From Octopus vulgaris (taxonomy: Eukaryota): 64,000 bases of DNA. Both the position numbers and the translations under genes were made by a program. The stretch covers positions 19,344,001 through 19,408,000 of the forward strand of contig OX597839.1 in the NCBI GenBank assembly GCA_951406725.2, read 5' to 3'. This document shows, in pieces, positions 44,878 through 58,594 of the stretch (position 1 is its first letter; each line of letters opens with the position of its first letter). The notes beneath the pieces are model-generated. The model was not told the DNA's origin. It did not search any database and worked only from the letters and a program-made list of their open reading frames with translations.

Positions 44878-45304
44878 GGCGCAGGAGTGGCTGTGTGGTA
44901 AGTAGCTTGCTAACCAACCACATGGTTCTGGGTTCAGTCCCACTGCGTGGCATCTTGGGCAAGTGTCTTCTGCTATAGCCCCGGGCCGACCAATGCCTTG
45001 TGAGTGGATTTGGTAGACGGAAACTGAAAGAAGCCTGTCGTATATATGTATATATATATATATGTATGTGTGTGTATATGTTTGTGTGTCTGTGTTTGCC
45101 CCTCTAGCATTGCTTGACAACCGATGCTGGTGTGTTTACGTCCCCGTCACTTAGCGGTTCGGCAAAAGAGACCGATAGAATAAGTACTGGGCTTACAAAG
45201 AATAAGTCCCGGGGTCGATTTGCTCGACTAAAGGCGGTGCTCCAGCATGGCCGGAGTCAAATGACTGAAACAAGTAAAAGAGTAAAAGAGTAAAGAGTAA
45301 GAGT
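44878..45304 (+). mobile_element. SINE family B, full length
   Basis: Head to (GTAA(AA)GA)n tail. Confidence 0.93.
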
Positions 45305-45604
45305 ATTCTTTGCATTTTATGCATATTTATGCATAAACAGAGTAACCTTCATAATTTTATTGAATTAAGTGCATATTTTGACATAAAAGGAAAATGTTAC
45401 AATCGATCTGTTTCATTCAGGGTAGGAACTGGTTCACCAGTCAGCCTCATTAGACTGTGGCCAGCTTATTGGAATAGGAACTTTTTTATTTGCATATTCA
45501 AAACGTTTCCTATAAACAAATTTAAAGGATATGTATGTGCACATATATATATATATATACACACATACACACACGTATATTTCTATATACATACATGCAT
45601 ACGT

Positions 45605-46282
45605 GTGTGTGTGTGTGTGTACGAGGCTTTGTCTTTGTATTTGTCCCCGCCACCGCTTCACAACCGGTGTTGGTTTATTTACGCTACCGCAGTTTAACTG
45701 TTCGGCGGAAAGTGACTGTCAGGATTTAAAAGAAAAAAGGAGGTACTGGGTTCGATTCCTTCGACAACACCCTTCAAGGCATAACCGCAGCATGACAAGT
45801 AGAACGGTATGTATATATATATAGGCGTGGCTGTGTGGTAAGAAGCTTGCTTCCCAAGCACATGATCCCCGGTTCAGTCCCACTGAGTGGCACTTTGGGC
45901 ACGTGTCTTTTACCATAGCTTCGCACAGACCAAAGCCTTGAGAGTGGATTTGGTGCTTAACTGGTACTTATTTAATCGACCCCGAAAGGATGTAAGGCAA
46001 AGTCGACCTCAACGGAAATTGAACTCGGAACGTAGCGGCAGACGAAATACCTATTTCTTTATTACCCACAAGGGGCTAAACACAGAGGGAATAAACAAGG
46101 ATAGACATAGGTATTAAGTCGATTACATCGACCCCAGTTCGTAACTGGTACTTAATTTATCGACCCCGAAAGGATGAAAGGCAAAGTCGACCTCGGCGGA
46201 ATTTGAACTCACAACGTAACGCAGACGAAATACCGCTAAGCATTTCGCCCGGCGTGCTAACGTTCCTGCTAGCTCAACGCCT
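45605..46282. mobile_element. Family B fragments (+, 45605-45955) followed by a tandem family C SINE (-, 45957-46282)
   Basis: Homology to both families. Confidence 0.83.
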
Positions 46283-46781
46283 TCGGCGGTTCAATTTTAT
46301 TGGTGGTGCTGTAACAGAGTGCAGTTACATTTTGATTTCACGTGATGTCTACAATGTTTTGTAGAGAGCCGCTTTGATACAATCGTAGCTCCGACATAAA
46401 ACGAAACATTTGCATAAATAAATAAAGAAACAACATAAATAAGCAAATATATATGTAAATAGATAAGGCGAATATAAAGGAAACGTTGTAATGGATTTGT
46501 GATTAAGCGGACAGAATATGAAAGAACATAGAGGAATATAGGAATGGCCGACTGACATAATGCAATACAACCGAATGAAATAATCAAACGAATGAAAGAA
46601 CGAAAGATTAAAAGAATGACTGAATTGAATGAATAACTGAATGGTGGAATATATAAAAAAAAAACCGAAATATTGTTTGAATAGTGGCTGGTTTGGTGAA
46701 TGAAGGAATCAAAAAATAGACGATGATTGTGAAGGGAAATTTGTGTTCGTCGAAACAGAAATAACAGGGCCAAAGCATGCA

Positions 46782-46824
<43 letters not shown>

Positions 46825-47133
46825 GCTGATCTTCCTTTGTGGTAGTTATGCTTTTTAGCTTGTTCCTTTCATTAAATTGCGTGTGTATTGCATACCGACA
46901 CATACAGTTATGCATGTGTCTGTTTGTCTGTCGGTCTGCATGGGCTCAAATGTTTCTGCTGATCGGAACACGAGTTACAAGCGTAAATTATATATGTGCC
47001 AGTGTGTGTGTGTGTGTGTCTGTGTGTGTGTGTGTGTGTGTGTATGTGTGTGTGTGTGTGTGCAAGCGTGCCAGTATGTATGAATATATCTATCTCTTTA
47101 TCCATCTATCTATCAATCAATACCTATCTAGCC

Positions 47134-47166
<33 letters not shown>

Positions 47167-47229
47167 CACGTAGAATGCGTGTACGTAAATATATGCATAT
47201 ATATATATAATGTAAACTTACGCATATTT

Positions 47230-47277
<48 letters not shown>

Positions 47278-47294
47278 TTAGAATGTAAACTTAC

Positions 47295-47339
<45 letters not shown>

Positions 47340-47416
47340 ATATCTATAATTATGGAAAAATTATGTATGCATATATATGTATATATAATTATATATGTAT
47401 ATATATCTACTCTATG

Positions 47417-47449
<33 letters not shown>

Positions 47450-47618
47450 TAATGTATACATAAACATATATATACATACATACATACATATAGTATGATA
47501 CTGAACCTCTTAATTGTTGCTTTCATTGAACTGTGTATGTGTGTGTGTAAATATATATATACACACATTCACACACACACATACACACACACATACACAC
47601 ACACACACATACATATAA

Positions 47619-47672
<54 letters not shown>

Positions 47673-47813
47673 TATATAGTGTGTGTCTGTCTGTTCGATG
47701 GACGTGTGTTGTTTCTAAGTGAATGTGTTTCAGGGGCGGTAGAATATCGTTATTTAATTTTTAATACAATTATATGAGTAAACAATGAACTTAATAAAGA
47801 GCGCAAGAAGAAG

Positions 47814-47877
<64 letters not shown>

Positions 47878-48728
47878 AATCAATAGACAAAACGAAACAA
47901 TGCAGTTCACATACCCAGCATTTATTCTACCCCAACGAATACCCTACGCAAATTTCTCATACAAAATACACATGGAAATAATATAATAAAATACAAATAA
48001 AAATATTAAATATAAATTTATAATAATATAGAAATAACTAAAAATCAATATATTGATTTATTTGTTGTGTTATGTATTTTTATTATTTTTTATTTTTTTT
48101 TATTAAATATTTTTTTGTTTTATTTTTCCTATTGTTTTAGTCGACTTCTGTGAATAACATTCCGACTATGATTGTTTTTTCGCAATATTTTTAGACAAAA
48201 ATTTAAAAAAAAAAGGAAATAAAAGGAATAAATATAAGAAACAATAAAACAAAAGATTCAGTTTCTATCCGCCCCCACTCTTCCCCCCGCCCCTGAATCC
48301 CAGATTCATATAAAAATATTTATATAATAAAAACTGACTACAAAAAAAAAATGAATATTATTTAAAAAATAATATTAGGGCAACAGCGAGTGACATTTTG
48401 TGCTTCGGATAAACCAGAAAAAAATAACAATAATAATAATAATAATAATACTAATAATATTTATGAAGCAAGCCAATAAAAATGAGAAACTGAGAGAGAG
48501 AGAGAGAAAAGAGAGAAGAGAGGGGGGGATGAGAAGGCAGATAAATAGATTGACAGAGAGAGAAAAACTTAAAGAGGGACAGGAAAAAAATAGATCCGAA
48601 GCTTATATGGCAATCTCGAAATCAAATCATATTATTAGTAAATTTCTAGCTGGTTGCGGAAGAGAGTATTCATGTATGCGTACGTATGTATGTGCACAAA
48701 ATCATATATACACACACACATATATATA

Positions 48729-48760
<32 letters not shown>

Positions 48761-48776
48761 CATACACATGTGTATG

Positions 48777-48808
<32 letters not shown>

Positions 48809-48816
48809 TATGTATG

Positions 48817-48852
<36 letters not shown>

Positions 48853-49037
48853 CACATTGACATATATATGTATATCCATAGTTATGTCAATATGTATATA
48901 ATTCATATCTATATTTATGTAGATATATATATATTCATATGTATGTATATATACATGTATATATATCTATAAATATACGCACACACATATATATATATAT
49001 ATATATAAATACAAACATATATATATATATAAATACA

Positions 49038-49077
<40 letters not shown>

Positions 49078-49187
49078 ATACTTATCTGTATACACTTACA
49101 CACACAAACATACAATATATATATATGAATATATAATAAATCTCTGCAGCAGGCGACTACGGGAGTGTATATACATGTATATATATA

Positions 49188-49370
49188 GGGGGAGAGTTCA
49201 CATAACACTCAGGAATAGAAAAAGTCTTTTACGTTTCGAGCCTACGCTCTTCTACCGAAAGGGACACAGAAAAAAACAAGGAGAGAAAAAATGTGTGTAG
49301 TGGCTAATGATCTATCATGGCGACTGCCGGACAGAAGGATCACACGAAAGAGCGAAGAAGTAGGGGAGAT

Positions 49371-49372
<2 letters not shown>
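49188..49372 (-). mobile_element. (TA)n-embedded short element with degenerate minimal hammerhead
   Basis: Minus CTTT-CGGTAGA-A-GAGC-GTAG-GCTC-GAAAC-GTA|AAAG at ~49226-49261; shares GTCTTT.ACGTTTCGAGCCTACG with 42159-42181. Confidence 0.6.
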
Positions 49373-49439
<67 letters not shown>

Positions 49440-50888
49440 GTATATGTAGACATATATAGACATTAGACACTCGTCAACGTATCCCATACGTACACAACAG
49501 GGTACAATTTAAATCGGTTTAGTGTGCTACATTCCAGTAAAAATATAATTGCACGAAAATGCTTATATGTATGGTGAAAATATTTAAAATTTTGAGAAAG
49601 GCAAAATTCCGAAACATGATATATAGCGTAAATCTAGGTGCGACGTTACTGCTGATGCAGAAACATTTCTCTACGCACAAACGCATTAACAGAAACCCGC
49701 ATAGAACCTCATAATCACATGTTTTACTGTTGTATTGTCTTTCAGGGAGTGAAAAATTTGGATCTATTTTTCGACCGGTTGCATCATTGAAACGTGATCG
49801 CCTAGTGGCGCTGCCTGCGATCAACTTCCTCTGTGTAAAAAGTTCACAGTTTAATCCCCTCGGTTATTTCTCTGAAGTATTCATTCCTACACCATAATGT
49901 TTGATTTTAGCGTATCAAACGATAAATATTAGAGGCAGCCCCACTAAGTCCTAATACATCTCCGAAGCCGAGGACGGTATTTTCTTCTGCAATGTAAAAA
50001 AAAAAAAAAAGTCCGCAGCTTAATTCCCTCAGTGGCTTCATTCACACATTTGCTCATACATCGTAATGGCGGAAATGAAGAAATATCAGGGATTGGCGTT
50101 AAAATGTTTGTAGTTTCACTTTCACTTTCAACGTTAAACATTTACTTTGGCGATAATTTCAGCGATGGCTACAATCTCATGAACAGCTGACATATCAAGT
50201 GCAAGGAATACATGATAGATATGGAAAATAGTATGCATTATACTGTTTCTGTTAAGTTTGTTATGTGAATAGGAATGAAAGGAGCAAGGGAGTAGGATGA
50301 GTTTGTACTTGCATGTGTCTGTGTATGTTTGTACGTGCTTGTGTAGCCCTGTCTATAATTGGTGTGATTATGGTGTGTGTTTGTGTGTGTGTTTCTGTAT
50401 GTATGTTCCAATAATGCTCGAATAAGATAGGTAAAAAAATATCCATCTGTCAGAGTGGTTACATAGACGATGTAGATAAATAGATCGTTATGTAGACAGA
50501 AAGAGAGATAGAGAGAGCGCACGAGAGAGAGGTAGATACATTGCCTTAATAAACTGAGAGAATGTGATTGTTATAGTACTATACATATACATGTATGAAG
50601 TGTATAATATATATATGTCTATATACATACATATGTGTGTTTATGTGAATGAAATGTGTGTGTATATATATATATATATTTACACATATAGAAGTATACA
50701 TATATACATATATAAATACACACATATATATATATAATACATACACACACACATACATATATATATATATACATACGTATATATATATATGTACATATAC
50801 ATACGTATGTATATATATATATATACATATACATACGTATGTATATATATATATATACATATACAAACGTATATATATATATACATAC

Positions 50889-50929
<41 letters not shown>

Positions 50930-51039
50930 CACATACATATATATATATTTTATATATTTACATATATGTCTTTATTGTTTCTGCTTATATACATATATAC
51001 ACACACATATATGTAAATGTTTATCTACCTGTCTATCTA

Positions 51040-51086
<47 letters not shown>

Positions 51087-51319
51087 GCACACATGACAAT
51101 TATAGGGACATAGATGCATACACACGTTTCACCCACCCACCTCAAGTCCAGTATATACATAAAAACATACGCGCGCGCATATATATATATATATATACTA
51201 CAAATATACAGGGGTGTTATTTTCTGTAGATATGTCACGTGTCTTTTAAGCCATCATTGACCCCGCCATCCCACACCTTTCTATATTATGTTAGCTATAG
51301 ACTCTACCCGTGTCCCTGT

Positions 51320-52010
51320 TGCCTTTAGCAGTAATAGCAGTAGGAGTAGCAGTGATTGTGGTGATGACGGTGTGTTGTGGTTGTAGTGGTGTTTTTGATA
51401 ATGGTGTTGGTGAGAGTCGTGGTGGTTATGTTGGTGGTGATGGTAGTGCTGGAGATGGTGGTTGCGGTTGTGGTAGTTGTGGTGATTGTAGTTGTAGTGG
51501 TTGTAGTAGTAATTTTTGGTGGTGATGGTGTCGGTGATGGCAGTGCTGGAGGTGGTGGAGGTAGTTTTGGTGGTGGTGCTTGTTGCGGAGTTGGAGGTGG
51601 TTTTGGTGGTGGTGGTAGTAGTGGTTGTGGTGGCCATGGAGGTAGTTGTGGCTTCGGCGGTGGTGGTGGTGGTGGTAGTAGTGGTTGTGGTGGTCATGGA
51701 GGTAGTTGTGGCTTCGGCGGTGGTGGTGGTAGTAGTTGTGGTGTTTGTGGTGGTGGGAGAGGTAGTTTTGGCGGTGGTGGTGGTAGAAGTTGTGTTGGTC
51801 ATGGAGGCGGTTGTGGCGGCGGTGGTGATGGTATTAGAGGTGTTGGTGGTGGTAGCTGTGGTGGTTGTGGTGATGGTGGAGGTAGTTTAGGCGGTGGTAG
51901 TTGTAGTGGTCTTGGAGGTGGCTGCGTTGGCAGCGCTGATGGTGGTGCTGGAGTTAGTTTCGGTGGTGGTGGTTGCTGTCGTTGTTGTGGTTGTTGTTGT
52001 TGTTGTTTTT
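51320..52010. repeat. Degenerate (GGT/TGT/AGT)n array with a 60-bp internal duplication
   Basis: 51601-51660 repeated at 51661-51720. Confidence 0.95.
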
Positions 52011-52099
52011 GTATTCTTGACCGGATGCAACCATGTCAAAGAATGCATTACGGTTATCAATGGAATAAAAGAAACGTGGTTACATCTCATTTTTTTTCT

Positions 52100-53270
52100 T
52101 CTTCTTATCATCGTCGCCATCTTCTTCCTATTCATCAGAATCATAACCATCATTACCACCACCACCACCAAAAATAACATCATCATAATCAGTATCATCA
52201 TCTTCATTATCACCACCAAAACCACCTCCACCATCACCACCGACAGCAACAACAACGCCGCCTCTGTTGTCATCATCATCATCATCATGAGGACCATCAC
52301 CAGTACCACCAGCAAAGCCATCAAGACCACCACAGACACCATCATTACCCCTACCACCACCACCACCACCGTCACTACCGTTACCGTCAACATCATCACA
52401 ATCGCCAAAAGTAAGAAGAACGGTCGATGTCACCGTCATCAACATCATCATCATCATGAAGACCGCCACCAACAATAAAAGCCATCACCACCATCACCCT
52501 CACATCATCATCATCATCATGAAGACCACCAGCCCCACCCACAAAGCTAACAACACCACCACCACCACCACCACCACCAAGAACAACAACAAGAACACCA
52601 CCACCGCCGTCACAGTCATCTTCATCATCACGAAGATCGCCACCAACAACAACAAAACCACCACCACCTCCATCACCCCACATCATCTTCATCATCAACA
52701 ACACCATCATCATCTTCATCGTCTTCATCATCATCATCACCCCCACATCATCTTCATCAACCTCATCATCACCAACACCATCATCATCATCATCATCACC
52801 ACCATCATCATCATCAACACCATCATTATCTTCGTCTTCATCATCATCAACATCACCAACACCATCATCATCATCACCACCATCATCATCATCAACACCA
52901 TCATCATCTTCGTCTTCATCATCCTCAACATCACCAACACCATCATCATCATCGTCTTCATCATCATCATCATTACCACCACCACCATCATCATCATTGT
53001 CTTCATCATCATCGTCATCATCATTACCACCATCATCATCATCATCATCATCATCACCAATACCATCATAATCTTCATCGTCTTCATCGTCATCATCATC
53101 ATTACCACCACCATCATCATCATCATCATCACCAATACCATCATAATCTTCATCGTCTTCATCATCATCATCATCATTACCACCACCATCATCATCATCA
53201 TCATCATCACCAATACCATCATAATCTTCATCGTCTTCATCGTCTTCATCGTCATCATCATCATCATCAT
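52100..53270. repeat. Degenerate (CAT/CAC)n array with ~75-bp higher-order units
   Basis: CCAATACCATCATAATCTTC at ~53057, 53132, 53210. Confidence 0.95.
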
Positions 53271-54027
53271 CCTTAATCTCGGGTTTGTTATTGGCCAATT
53301 GAAGGACTGACCGGTTTTGCAGTATCTATTCATCTTCACTCTCCATCCTTTCTGGGTCGATAATTAAGTCTTAGCCAATACCGGTAGACTATAGTGCACC
53401 ATTTGTATATTCGAGTTGCCGGACGGAAGGCCTGGCATTATTTATTCCGGCTTCTTGTGTTTTGACTTCAAATCCTTCTCCGGCATACTGGTGCGGTAGA
53501 TTTAATCTGTCCCCGGATCAATAATCTTATCTTGGGGTGGGTGTCTTTTTGTAGAATCCCCTCTGTTGCGAATATTCGAGACAGGTCTCTGAGATACCCT
53601 AAATTATTTGATGGTTAATCCCTTCTCTAGGGATTACGACATAGAGACTAATCTTCAGGATCTTCGTCAGCGTTAATGCAAACGCATTGTGCACCATCAA
53701 GATGATCATCATTATCATCATCATCATCATCATTTTAATCATGATCGTCATCGTTGCCGTCGTCCACCGCCGCCACTCCCAACCACCACCATCACCACCA
53801 CCACCATCACAATTTACACTTGCTTAAAGTGCCGCGCAGAGGAATTGAACCTCAAATCCCCTGGCTCCAGTGCGAACTTCTTAATCACACAGTAAACCAG
53901 TTATAATGCGTGCGCGCACGCACACATACACACAGAACACACATACACACACACACATACATATAAACGTACATACATCGCTCTCTCACTCTCTCTCTCT
54001 TTCTATATATATATATACATACATATA

Positions 54028-54075
<48 letters not shown>

Positions 54076-54152
54076 TACATATATGTATTTATATATATAT
54101 ATATACATCTATTTATCCATCTATATATATCGCTCTCTCACTCTCTCTCTCT

Positions 54153-54191
<39 letters not shown>

Positions 54192-54237
54192 TACATATAT
54201 GTATTTATATATATATATATATACATCTATTTATCCA

Positions 54238-54271
<34 letters not shown>

Positions 54272-54331
54272 CATACATATATACATACGTGCATATATAT
54301 ATATGCACGTATGTATATATGTATGTGTGTG

Positions 54332-54370
<39 letters not shown>

Positions 54371-54457
54371 GTATGTATATATATGTATGTATATATATAT
54401 ACATATATATATATATAAGTACATATATGTATTTATATATATACATCTATTTATCCA

Positions 54458-54491
<34 letters not shown>

Positions 54492-54949
54492 CTAGCAGTA
54501 TCGCCCGGCGTTGCTCAGGTTTGTAAGGGAAATAACTATAAAGCATTTTTAGAGAGTTATAGCCAAAAAATAGCAAAAAAATGGAAAAAAATGATGGTAA
54601 ATTTTTTTTTGAGATTTAAAAAAGGTAGAGTTGCGTCCCCTACACAGTTTGTGGTTCGTATTCCTGATTCTCGACCCCATGTCGAATTTATCGATTTTTT
54701 TCAGAACTGGGGGAACTTTTCAAAATTTTCGCTGCGTTAGTTTTGAATTATGACATTCAGTGTTGAACTGAGACGTCTTCTTCGTGAAACAAGTGATATG
54801 ACTAAGCCTTTAGCAGACGATAAGATGGAGGAAAGGACTTCGGTTGTGTCAAGTTTCATCAGAATCGGTTGAAAGCCGTGGTCAGGGTGAAGGTACAAGC
54901 AAACAGACACACAGAAACACGCACAGACAAACTGCCGTTTATATAGAGA
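54492..54949 (-). mobile_element. Non-autonomous Helitron with an 87-bp foreign insert
   Basis: Collinear with 8476-8857 except 54758-54844. Confidence 0.87.
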
Positions 54950-55053
54950 TATATATATATATATATATATACATATATACATACGTGCATATATATATAT
55001 ATGCACGTATGTATATATGTATGTGTGTATATATATAAATATATGCACGTATG

Positions 55054-55134
<81 letters not shown>

Positions 55135-55225
55135 GTACATCTATTTATCCATCTATCTGTGTGTGTCTATATATATATATATATGTCTACATCTATTTAT
55201 TAATCTAGCTATCTGTCTATCTATG

Positions 55226-55256
<31 letters not shown>

Positions 55257-56084
55257 ATATATATATATATATATACAATACAATCACCAAACACTGTTTA
55301 CAGCAAAAAGTATATCCGAAAAATTACATAATCAAGCTATCAAATAAAATAAGCCAAAAACCAAAACTAAAAAAACAAACCTACACAATACCAAGAGAGG
55401 AACGGATGTAAAGCCTATTACACTCGACGTCCATGTTGTCCAGCAATTGAAATTAACGGTTGGTAAGTTTATTTACCTTTTCCGTTGGCCTCGCTAATGC
55501 CCAGGCGTGACCTTACTATGGATCGTCGTATTAAAGTCTTTGCTCCCGTCCAATGTGAAAAGTAGTTTTAATTGATATTAACCGGTTCGTGTTGATACTA
55601 ATGCTTATATATTTAGCAGAGTTGATCTCCCTGGGATTTGAAACTATAACTGGTTTATATTTTCTTTGTCTTTTACAATTCTGGTTGTTACTCCTTTTTT
55701 ATTTTTGGTGGGGGAATATCTTTTTTTATATATATAATTTTGTGATTTGGTTTGCAAGATTCTTTGTATGAATACGTGTGTTCAAGCATATTCTGTTGTG
55801 TCTGGGGAGAGTCATTTTCTTTTTGTGCCTTATTATTTAACACACTCACCGGTAAAATTTCCACTTATTTCTTATTTTCATTTTTATTTTTATAAAAAAT
55901 TTTCTTTTTAATTTTTATATAATTTCTATATAATTTTTATATAATTCTAAAAATTCTTTTTCTGTTTTCTCATGTCTCGACTTCAGGAAAGGTCAGTGAT
56001 CCTGACGGTAGAATGTTCACCTCCGAGTCAAATGAAACAATGGGTGTAAAATCCCCCTTAAACGTATGGATATTTAAAAATCTA

Positions 56085-56240
56085 ATGGCAGTGAAATGGT
56101 AAAATCGTTAACCGCGCCTGACAAAATGCATTGTTGCATTTCTCCTGGCTCTACGTTCTGAGTTCAAATACCGCTAGGGTCGACTTTACCTTTCATGTCT
56201 TTCGGGAGTGATAAAATAAGTACCAGTTAAACACTGGGGT
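56085..56240 (+). mobile_element. Diverged SINE family C
   Basis: ACGTTCTGAGTTCAAATACCGC...GTCGACTTTACCTTTCAT...AAGTACCAGTT. Confidence 0.75.
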
Positions 56241-56554
56241 CCGTGCCTATACACACGCCTTCTCTTGCTTGATGAGGCTGGGGTCACTCCCGGCTAATGG
56301 CCCCTGATCCTTCATCACGTATAGAGCCGACCAGGTCCGATCGTGCCCCACCTTCCCGGCGGTCCTTTGTCAGCCCCTCTGCATCCTTCAAGATGCAGGG
56401 GCATACTGGGGCCCGTTCGCATGTCAAGTAGTCCGGTTTATTCTGGTCGGTGTCGTAACAATTTGAAGGTTCTTCTAGGTAGGTTGCTGGTCCGCCGCAG
56501 AATAGTCAGGTGATAGGGTTACCATTTTGGTGACGAGTGGCCCACCTAGGATAA

Positions 56555-56944
56555 CAAACAACGAGATATATACTTAATAAGCGAGTGTTAATCGGTTACA
56601 TTTAATTTTGTTTCGGTTGCTTTTTTACACGCCACTGGTAAATGAGAATATCTTAAATAAACTCGACTGCACTCACAAACGAAAATACTAAAAATGAACC
56701 TGAACACTCTCAAAAGTGAAGTAAAAAGAAAAAATCAGGAAAAACAATCCAGCATCCTTGTCCTGTTGTGGATCGACCCCAACATCTAATTAGTTCGTGC
56801 CAGTCATGAGGCTAAGCATTTCTGAACGTTTCATCCGAATCCATCCAGCGGTTCTTGAGATATCTTGTCCACGGACAGACAAACAAACAGATAAAGAAAC
56901 GCAACTAAAAACAATACATCCGACTTCGCTAATGCGGAGGCAAT
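56555..56944. mobile_element. Helentron/DINE-1-like (HINE) non-autonomous element
   Basis: TTTCATCCGAATCC...GAGATATC...ACGGACAGACAAACAAACA microsatellite, then AAAACAATAC and a terminal stem-loop TCCG...CGGAGG; matches HINE architecture. Confidence 0.6.
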
Positions 56945-57264
56945 AGACAAATTATTTACCAGAATTTATTGTCGGAAAGAGGTTTGTATGTATGTTTGAG
57001 ATACTCGCTTTGCAAACACGTGGCTTCTGTTTCAGTGCTGCTACGCGGCAACACGGGCACGTCCCTTCTAATGTAACCCCAGGCTGATCAGTGCCTTCTC
57101 ATTGAGTGATTTTCGTAAGGAGAAAATGTGGTCGTTCAAATTTCCTCAACCGATCGAGAGACTGGTTGAGTAAACCTGACAATAACGAACCTACTGGAAA
57201 CAGCTGTATGTCAAATTTACTACAATAAAGAATTATGCAATGGTCATTAATCACGCACCGTCAT

Positions 57265-57404
57265 CACGGATTTTTGTCAGTGAACAGGTCGCGGTCTTGA
57301 AGCGACGAAAATATTTTGACAAATTGAACTTAAATGTTGAAGTGAATCGAACGGCTTTTGTGTGTTTCTTAAATGGCTTACAAACACCTTCCACGCTGCA
57401 ATTG

Positions 57405-57443
<39 letters not shown>

Positions 57444-57733
57444 GTATAGTAAAGAATGGAGCTGAACGAAGATTTAACCAAATTCCTTTATTTTATTTTC
57501 GACATATGTCGAAACATATGTCGAAAATAAAATAAAGGAATTTGGTTAAATCTTCGTTCAGCTCCATTCTTTACTATACTTAATATATAAAACTTCAAAT
57601 TTCCGCACTAAGGCACGGATTTTATGCCCATGGTCGTAACTTCAACCGTGCTCTTTCTGTTGTGATTTTTGCTACCGAAGTATATTATCATTTGAATTAT
57701 CCGTAATAAGATAATTCATTTATCTCTACTTCA

Positions 57734-57786
<53 letters not shown>

Positions 57787-57951
57787 TCCGTGCTGCATCT
57801 CGGATGCAGCACGGATTTTTGTCAGTGAACAGGTCGCGGTCTTAAAGCGACGAAAATATTTTGACAAATTGAACTTAAATGTTGAAGTGAATCGAACGGC
57901 TTTTGTGTGTTTCTTAAATGGCTTACAAACACCTTCCACGCTGCAATTGTT
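57265..57951. repeat. 142-bp direct repeat pair (57265-57406, 57810-57951) enclosing a palindromic element
   Basis: One mismatch between copies by eye. Confidence 0.9.
57435..57740. mobile_element. Palindromic element in (TA)n with a hammerhead 3' half at the apex
   Basis: Perfect arms ~57435-57509 and 57514-57588; GAAAC-ATAT-GTC at 57511-57522; ~150-nt unpaired tail. Confidence 0.75.
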
Positions 57952-58217
57952 TTCGGTTCAGCACACGATCTCAGATCAAATCACTTGCTATGCAAGTACA
58001 TCTCCTATATATATTTATATATTTATATATTACTAAACTTAAAATAGTAACTGGTGGATTAATCCTTTGTACGGGGAGGGGAATAGGTTGCGTAAAAAAT
58101 AAAAAATAAAAAAAATAATCCTGGGATACGCTAATAGGTTCTGGTCGGGGTAGAGTTGAAGATACAATAAGGTTTAACGTTAATCATAATAATTTATGAT
58201 AATTATGTTTGTAATTT

Positions 58218-58475
58218 AGAGCAGCGGTCTTGCGGTCGAGGGATCGCGTGTTCGAATCTCACCGGGCGATGTGTGTGTTTATGAGCGAAAAACCTATGCT
58301 CCACGCGGCTCTGCTGTCTCTTTCGCCACACATTTCTCTGACTCTTTCCTCCTGCATCTTGCAGCTAACCTGCGACGGACTGACGGACTGACGGACCGTC
58401 CAGGTGGGGAACCTATATGACAAGAAACGGGGAAACCGGCCCTTATGGGGCAGACACGGCTCGAGAAGGAACAAA
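58218..58475 (+). mobile_element. SINE family A-like, tail type c
   Basis: GGATCGCGTGTTCGAATCTCACCGGGCG head; CCTGCGACGGACTG...CGTCCAGG...GAAACCGGCCC tail. Confidence 0.72.
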
Positions 58476-58526
58476 TAACAATCAATGTTTGTAATATTAA
58501 TTAATGATATTTATCATTATATATAG

Positions 58527-58594
<68 letters not shown>

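Noticed and set aside
51281-53339. Gly-rich (keratin-like) and Asp-rich ORFs
   Set aside because: Overlapping frames are all open, which simple-repeat composition explains; no signal peptide or gene context
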